DNA of 49,882 bases from a virus. The position numbers and the translations under genes were made by a program. How positions within the stretch are numbered: the first letter of the stretch is position 1; each line of letters begins with the position of its first letter. The DNA lies in the IMG/VR virus record IMGVR_UViG_3300005826_000013, positions 1 through 49,882 of that record; one strand, 5' to 3'. The notes under the pieces were generated by a model that had not been told where the DNA came from, ran no database searches, and saw nothing but the letters and a program-made list of their open reading frames with translations. Positions 45,209-49,882 of this stretch are shown piece by piece.

Positions 45209-45294
45209 TCTTAGCTCTTTTGATACTTCTTTACGGCGTAGCTCTTATGCTAGGATGGATCATCACACACGGAACGCGAGGTGACGACCAATGA
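45205..45294 (+). CDS. Tiny hydrophobic protein (29 aa)
   Basis: Hand-translated: MILALLILLYGVALMLGWIITHGTRGDDQ. AAGGAG RBS. ATGA overlaps at both ends. Confidence 0.4.
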   Translation: MILALLILLYGVALMLGWIITHGTRGDDQ

Positions 45295-45572
45295 CCGAGC
45301 TGTTCAATAGACAAACTGACATAGAACTAGCAGTTATCAACGATGGGAATGGGGAGTTTTGCGGACTCACCTATCGCCAGCGATGCGAGCTGGCAGATCG
45401 TGGCGGATATGGGTTGTACCGCTTGGAGCAGGCGTGCAGAGCCTACGATAGACACGCCCATCGTTACTTCGAAACGGAGCGGGCTACGGATGAGGAGATT
45501 CGCCTAGCGGCGGAGGAGATCTTCGCCTACTACAGGCGTCACAACTTAGAATCCGCAGGGCCTACCGCGTGA
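45291..45572 (+). CDS. Hypothetical protein (93 aa)
   Basis: ORF track. ATGA-coupled. Confidence 0.55.
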   Translation: MTELFNRQTDIELAVINDGNGEFCGLTYRQRCELADRGGYGLYRLEQACRAYDRHAHRYFETERATDEEIRLAAEEIFAYYRRHNLESAGPTA

Positions 45573-45600
45573 TCGCCTCAAAGCTAGAGTTTACTCGCCA

Positions 45601-46143
45601 ATGACCGACCCGATCGTTTACACGCGGGGCGCGTCGACCGACCACTGGGAGACGCCCCCGCAGCTCTTCGAGCTCGCGTCGCGGGCCTTCGCAGAGCCGA
45701 CCGGCTTCGCCCTCGATGCAGCGGCGAACGCTGCGAACACCCTCGCGCCTCGATGGCTCGGCCCTGGCGGGCTCTCGCCCGACGCTCTCAGCTTGGATGA
45801 TTGGCCGCTGGCCGAAGGCCAAGCCGCATGGATGAACCCGCCGTACAGCAAACTCGCAGGCCCGCTAGCTCGCTGGGTCGAACGAGCGGATGAAGTCGCA
45901 AGCGAAGCGAGCCGCCGTCGCGTCGTCTGCCTGCTCAAAGCCGACACCTCGACGAAGTGGTTCCGCTTCGCCGCTGCACGAGCATGGCGGATCGTCTTCC
46001 TGCAACCCCGCGTGCGCCACCTGCTCGCTGGTCACGAGCAAGCAACGCCGCCCTGGGGCTCACTCCTCGCTGTCTTCGATGCTGCGCAGCGAGGCGAAGC
46101 TAGAGCGATCGTCACAGTCGCCTACTGGAGAAAACGCCGATGA
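45601..46143 (+). CDS. dam: Phage-type DNA N6-adenine methyltransferase (small Dam family)
   Basis: DHWETPPQLFE, FALDAAANA and WMNPPYS (NPPY catalytic motif) in a ~180-aa protein match the small phage Dam family layout. Confidence 0.8.
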   Translation: MTDPIVYTRGASTDHWETPPQLFELASRAFAEPTGFALDAAANAANTLAPRWLGPGGLSPDALSLDDWPLAEGQAAWMNPPYSKLAGPLARWVERADEVASEASRRRVVCLLKADTSTKWFRFAAARAWRIVFLQPRVRHLLAGHEQATPPWGSLLAVFDAAQRGEARAIVTVAYWRKRR

Positions 46144-46397
46144 GTCTAGATCAAGAGTTTGCGAAGCTAGCGGAAGCAGTAGCCCTTGAAGTATTTAGCC
46201 CTGCCTACAATGATGGACCTTGGTATGTTTACTTCAGGGGATCCAGGCATCTTTGCCGCAACAAGGTTACTGCCGACGCATGGGCGAAATATCTCATGCG
46301 CAGGTACGGATCCTGGTCCCGTTGGGGAATTGGTACGGGTAAAGCTCATTGCGCGACGGCACACACATCCCGAAGGAGCCTTCAATGCGCACGCTAA
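46140..46397 (+). CDS. Hypothetical protein (85 aa)
   Basis: ORF track. ATGA-coupled to dam. Confidence 0.45.
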   Translation: MSLDQEFAKLAEAVALEVFSPAYNDGPWYVYFRGSRHLCRNKVTADAWAKYLMRRYGSWSRWGIGTGKAHCATAHTSRRSLQCAR

Positions 46398-46579
46398 TCA
46401 CCGAACAAGAACCAGCAAAGCTTTGGTGGGTTGTCTTCGACGAGAGAGACCAAGAAGACGGAATCTTCTTCGGACCCGTCCCCTCTCGCCAAGCCGCCGA
46501 AGCCTTCATTCAAGGTTATGAATTCGCTCTTACGACCGACGACAGCCGAACGCTAGAAGCCCTGACGGACGACGAATGA
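46385..46579 (+). CDS. Hypothetical acidic protein (64 aa)
   Basis: ATG after an AAGGAG RBS (frame of ORF 46349..46579). Confidence 0.5.
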   Translation: MRTLITEQEPAKLWWVVFDERDQEDGIFFGPVPSRQAAEAFIQGYEFALTTDDSRTLEALTDDE

Positions 46580-46734
46580 CGCTACGTTTACACGCTCGCA
46601 CTCTCCGAGCCTTCGCCTGGATTCTCTTCTTCTCGGCGTGGCTCTTCGCCGAAGCGATGCTGCTCTGCACGTTTCTATCCCTCCACGATGACTTCGCCGA
46701 GCTCGAAGCTGGCATGGAGGATCTCAGGCGCTGA
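46576..46734 (+). CDS. Small membrane protein (52 aa)
   Basis: Hand-translated: MTLRLHARTLRAFAWILFFSAWLFAEAMLLCTFLSL... ATGA-coupled. Confidence 0.4.
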   Translation: MTLRLHARTLRAFAWILFFSAWLFAEAMLLCTFLSLHDDFAELEAGMEDLRR

Positions 46735-46750
46735 CGCGAACGAGGCGACG

Positions 46751-46846
46751 ATGAGACGACTCTGCTGGCAATTCGCGCTGCTGCTGCTCTACTACGTCTT
46801 CGTGACGAGCATGCTCGTCTATGGGCTCTATCGATGGCTAAATTAA
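46751..46846 (+). CDS. Tiny membrane protein (31 aa)
   Basis: Hand-translated: MRRLCWQFALLLLYYVFVTSMLVYGLYRWLN. Confidence 0.3.
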   Translation: MRRLCWQFALLLLYYVFVTSMLVYGLYRWLN

Positions 46847-47067
46847 GCAACGACGACGGCGACGACGTCGCCGGCCTCTGGCGCGTCAGCGCCCGCCACC
46901 TATGCGCAGGCATCATCGTGCGAGACGGCGAAGTGGTCGAAGCTGCACCCATCCTTCGATGGATGATCGGAAGTCCGCTTCGCGAGATCGCAGACTACTG
47001 CTCTCGACGAGGCTGGAAGCTCGAAAGACTGGCGAAGCCGTGTCTCTTGTTACTTTTCTACCCTTGA
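46834..47067 (+). CDS. Hypothetical protein (77 aa)
   Basis: ORF track. Confidence 0.45.
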   Translation: MAKLSNDDGDDVAGLWRVSARHLCAGIIVRDGEVVEAAPILRWMIGSPLREIADYCSRRGWKLERLAKPCLLLLFYP

Positions 47068-47092
47068 CTCATACCGTCACATGACGTAAGCT
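47064..47092 (+). promoter_or_regulatory. Sigma-70-like promoter candidate
   Basis: TTGACT, a 17-bp spacer, then TAAGCT, in one of the few intergenic gaps. Followed by GGAGGA and ATG 47116. Confidence 0.3.
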
Positions 47093-47115
47093 CAGAGAGA
47101 ACCTGGAGGAACGAA

Positions 47116-47298
47116 ATGAGCGCCAACGCAAAGCAAGCCCGACAGCAGCGTCTACGCGAAGCAGTCCGCGACGGCAAAATCAACCGAGCGGATGGTTCGC
47201 TGGCGCGTGCAGATTCCGGCTGTCCTCGCTTCCGCGCACTCGCCTTCGGCTACAAGCTCGGCGACTCACTCGGGCTGATGCGCAAGCGGAGCAAATAA
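47116..47298 (+). CDS. Hypothetical basic protein (60 aa)
   Basis: ORF track. GGAGGA RBS. Confidence 0.5.
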   Translation: MSANAKQARQQRLREAVRDGKINRADGSLARADSGCPRFRALAFGYKLGDSLGLMRKRSK

Positions 47299-47300
47299 CA

Positions 47301-47642
47301 ATGGTGAAGCTAGATATAGACGGCTACCCTACTGAGGAGTTCCTCGAACGCATCCGAACGTGGGAGCTACCAGTCAAGGAGTCGGCTCAACGTCTCCTTC
47401 GCTTCATTGAAGACGGAGGCTGGTACTACCCTGAATGGTTTCGAGCTGTAGACTGGAACGATCGCATCTGGATCGTATCGACTGGCGGATGGTCGGGCAA
47501 CGAAGACGTGATCGCAGCGCTTCACGAGAACACTTCCTTCTTCTGGAACTTCTGTTTCATGAGCCACCGACGCGGGGGACACTACATGTTTGAGACGGAG
47601 GTCAGACGGAGGTCAAGCGGAGCAAATGAAAAGGAGACCTGA
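47301..47642 (+). CDS. Hypothetical protein (113 aa)
   Basis: ORF track. Confidence 0.55.
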   Translation: MVKLDIDGYPTEEFLERIRTWELPVKESAQRLLRFIEDGGWYYPEWFRAVDWNDRIWIVSTGGWSGNEDVIAALHENTSFFWNFCFMSHRRGGHYMFETEVRRRSSGANEKET

Positions 47643-47643
47643 G

Positions 47644-47994
47644 ATGAAGCCAAGAAAATTCACATGGATCTGCGGAGCGGAATTCACTGTCAAGCTCTCG
47701 AAGAACCGCCAAACAATCTACTACCAGTATCTCTTCTCTTACCCAGAGGCGGGAGGAGGTCGGTCCGCCTTGCAGAATAGTAGTTGTCTCGTCAAGCAAC
47801 TTCGCAAGATCCTCGATCGCAAGAACGAGAGACCTTGTTACGACGGTGGTGGTCCATACTGCCGAGTGCTTCCAGGCATCCACGTCTCCGATGGCGACAT
47901 GCATTTGGAAAAAGACGAAGTCGTGGCTATGCGTCGAACCATCCGCGCAGTCTTCCGACACCTCGGACTCTCGACGACGGAGGTCACAACGTGA
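47644..47994 (+). CDS. Hypothetical protein (116 aa)
   Basis: ATG after an AAGGAGA RBS (frame of ORF 47590..47994). Confidence 0.55.
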   Translation: MKPRKFTWICGAEFTVKLSKNRQTIYYQYLFSYPEAGGGRSALQNSSCLVKQLRKILDRKNERPCYDGGGPYCRVLPGIHVSDGDMHLEKDEVVAMRRTIRAVFRHLGLSTTEVTT

Positions 47995-48173
47995 AACGAC
48001 CAGACTTCGTCACAGACGAGCACTTGGAGTATCTAGACGAGCTGCGCGAATCTGGAGTCACGAACATGTACGGAGCGGCGGCTTACGTAGCAGACGAGTT
48101 CGATATGGATAAACGCAGGGCCAGGGAAGTGTTCACCTACTGGAAGCAGTCTTTCGGGAGTCCAGTACGATGA
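47991..48173 (+). CDS. DUF5049-like small phage protein (60 aa)
   Basis: GTGA-coupled GTG start. LDELRESGVTNMYGAAAYVADEF...W resembles the DUF5049 signature, as I recall it. Confidence 0.5.
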   Translation: MKRPDFVTDEHLEYLDELRESGVTNMYGAAAYVADEFDMDKRRAREVFTYWKQSFGSPVR

Positions 48174-48580
48174 GCTACCCTTCGCGCAAATACCGCTGGA
48201 TGAGAGCGACCGAGCGAGCTTTCAAGCGACTTGACATCCTCGCCTCGCAGATTGCGACGGGACGCAACTTCTCGATCTCCGAGATCATCCAGCTCGGCCA
48301 CGACTTCGTCTCTCTGGGCTCGCGCGGTCTCGCTCTTCACCAAGGCGGAGGCGAGCACTACCGTCGTCGCGTCGAGACCCGAACAGTGGAAATCGAGATG
48401 GCACTCGGCTTGCTCCGTGACTTCGTCACATCACGCCGCTTCAACATCGACAACTTTCCCAAATTCTCTTCGCCCTGGACGCGTTCTCGCGAAGACGTTG
48501 CCGAAGGCACCGACGCTATCGATCGCCTGGACGACCTGCGTCGAGACTTCGGCTTGGTCGACGAAGAGGTAGAAGCTTGA
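48170..48580 (+). CDS. Hypothetical protein (136 aa)
   Basis: ORF track. ATGA-coupled. Confidence 0.55.
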   Translation: MSYPSRKYRWMRATERAFKRLDILASQIATGRNFSISEIIQLGHDFVSLGSRGLALHQGGGEHYRRRVETRTVEIEMALGLLRDFVTSRRFNIDNFPKFSSPWTRSREDVAEGTDAIDRLDDLRRDFGLVDEEVEA

Positions 48581-48852
48581 AGTCTTTCATCTCCGACCTC
48601 AAACGAGCAGCTCTGATCGTCTTGACGTGGATGCTCGTTTGGACGTTCGCTCTCATGCTCCAGCGGAGCTGCACGGCAAAGCCGACGGATCTACGTGTAA
48701 ACAGTTATGACATTTCGCTCGCGGCGGTGTGGAAAGCAGACACGCAAGGGGAGGGTAATATAAAGCGGTACCGGGAGGAAAGAGTGGCCCGTAGCCGCCC
48801 AGCGATTGACCGCCGAACACTAAGCGGGTGGCAGGAGCTGTCGTCGCTATGA
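48577..48852 (+). CDS. Hypothetical membrane-anchored protein (91 aa)
   Basis: TTGA-coupled TTG start. Hydrophobic AALIVLTWMLVWTFALML. Confidence 0.4.
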   Translation: MKSFISDLKRAALIVLTWMLVWTFALMLQRSCTAKPTDLRVNSYDISLAAVWKADTQGEGNIKRYREERVARSRPAIDRRTLSGWQELSSL

Positions 48853-49130
48853 GAGACTACTCGATGAAAGCTCGCGAGAGTGCGCGGATGATCCTCGAAG
48901 AGATTGGAGAGCCGGACGAGCCTTTGGTCTCGTCGGCCTCGTCGATCTGCTACTGCTGCAAGCGCCTGCTGCCTCGCCAGGGCGCGTGTTTAAACGCTCC
49001 CCACATCTGCAAATCGTGTCGCTACCACTTAAAGAAGGGCGCAAAGAACCTGGAGAAGACTCGCAAAGCCCTCGACTTCCACCTTGCAGCACACCGAGCG
49101 GAGCGCCGGGTGAAGACGGAGGCGAAATGA
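48849..49130 (+). CDS. Zinc-finger-like protein (93 aa)
   Basis: ATGA-coupled ATG (frame of ORF 48828..49130). CYCC...C..HIC..C cluster. Confidence 0.5.
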   Translation: MRDYSMKARESARMILEEIGEPDEPLVSSASSICYCCKRLLPRQGACLNAPHICKSCRYHLKKGAKNLEKTRKALDFHLAAHRAERRVKTEAK

Positions 49131-49504
49131 GCGAGACGAAGCCGACGCGGGAAGACGTGGAGCGGTGGGCGTCGATGTCATCGGATGGAGCCTACGTAGT
49201 CAATCAGCTTGCTCGCCTCGCTCGCGCCTACCTCGCGCAGATGGACGAGCTGGAGCGGCTGCGGGAGGAGCAGGACGGATTGACGGCATTGCGCACTTGT
49301 CAGGATGAACAAGACGATGGCAACGGTCCATGCGGAGCTTGCCTTCAGTGCCTCCGCGCCCGCGTCGCCAAGCTGGAGAAGGTGCGAGAGGCGGTGCTCC
49401 GGGCGGACGGACACACGCAAACAACTCATCGCCTCGCTGGGCTCATACGTGCCGCGCGCCTCGCCGACTGCGAGCCCGAGCCGGGAACGGAGGGCGGGCG
49501 GTGA
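49127..49504 (+). CDS. Hypothetical protein (125 aa) with a CGACLQC motif
   Basis: ATGA-coupled ATG (frame of ORF 48986..49504). Confidence 0.55.
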   Translation: MSETKPTREDVERWASMSSDGAYVVNQLARLARAYLAQMDELERLREEQDGLTALRTCQDEQDDGNGPCGACLQCLRARVAKLEKVREAVLRADGHTQTTHRLAGLIRAARLADCEPEPGTEGGR

Positions 49505-49785
49505 GCGAGAAGAGAACGGACGCGGAGCTGGTGAGGGAGTGGGCGAGGGATCTTGATACAGGTTGTCGCCACCGGCGAGGTGGACACAATTCCGACCTCC
49601 TCCGCCGACTCGCGGCGCAGAGCGAGGAGCGAGACCAGCTGTTGAAAGCTACCTCGAAGTACCTCGTCGACATCGGGCCTTGTGACGAGGCAACACAGCC
49701 CGACGAGACTCCACTCTGTGGCGACGAGACCTGCTCATACTGCGAACTTGCGGTTTTTGTTCAGGAGGCTCTCGATGGCGAGTGA
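49501..49785 (+). CDS. Hypothetical protein (94 aa)
   Basis: GTGA-coupled GTG (frame of ORF 49330..49785). CGDETCSYC. Confidence 0.5.
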   Translation: MSEKRTDAELVREWARDLDTGCRHRRGGHNSDLLRRLAAQSEERDQLLKATSKYLVDIGPCDEATQPDETPLCGDETCSYCELAVFVQEALDGE

Positions 49786-49882
49786 GGGGATGAGCGAAGG
49801 ACGACAGGAAGTCATTCGGCATTACGCCGATAAGGGCGCTGAGCATATCGAGCTAACGCCACTCACGGCAAACCATCACCTG
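49763..49882. repeat. Terminal direct repeat, copy 2 (identical to 1-120)
   Basis: Same comparison. The unique genome length is therefore 49,762 bp. Confidence 0.95.
49775..49882 (+). CDS. 5' part of the same gene as 13..213 (duplicate created by the terminal overlap)
   Basis: Sequence is identical to 13..120. Truncated by the window end. Confidence 0.5.
   Translation, partial: MASEGMSEGRQEVIRHYADKGAEHIELTPLTANHHL

Overview
The window is a complete dsDNA phage genome rather than a piece of bacterial chromosome. Bases 1-120 are identical to 49763-49882, so the unique length is 49,762 bp and the contig is circularly closed or terminally redundant.

Genes are tightly packed, with many ATGA/GTGA start-stop overlaps and AAGGAG-type ribosome-binding sites. 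They form two convergent arms.

- **Plus-strand arm (41915 -> junction -> 9585).** It carries early and replication functions:
  - an AAA+ ATPase, its partner protein and a SprT-like protease
  - a small Dam-type N6-adenine methyltransferase
  - many small ORFs
  - a Cas4-like nuclease and a Sak4-like ATPase
  - a UDG-like/family-A DNA polymerase fusion
  - a P-loop helicase-like protein
  - GroES
- **Minus-strand arm (40329 -> 9578).** It has a podovirus-like late layout: small and large terminase, portal, scaffold, decoration protein, major capsid, beta-helix protein, fibre/receptor-binding genes, tubular-tail-like proteins, three very large ejection-type proteins, then a lysis cassette.
- **Not found.** I saw no tape measure, tail sheath or tube, integrase, repressor, tRNA, CRISPR array, recognisable primase or phage RNA polymerase.

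The arms start at a 1.6-kb control hub (40330-41914), where most of the unexplained structure sits:
- a palindromic promoter/operator element that recurs at 11764-11798
- an 11-bp-phased array with two perfect DnaA boxes
- a ~71% GC orphan gene next to a ~25% GC stretch carrying six CCGCCAT repeats

The most unusual signal is genome-wide. The 9-mer CGTTTACAC occurs 15 times exactly, plus close variants. It sits inside coding DNA in all three reading frames and mostly follows gene direction.

All family assignments come from motifs read in the translations. No database search was possible, and GC values are hand counts on sample lines.
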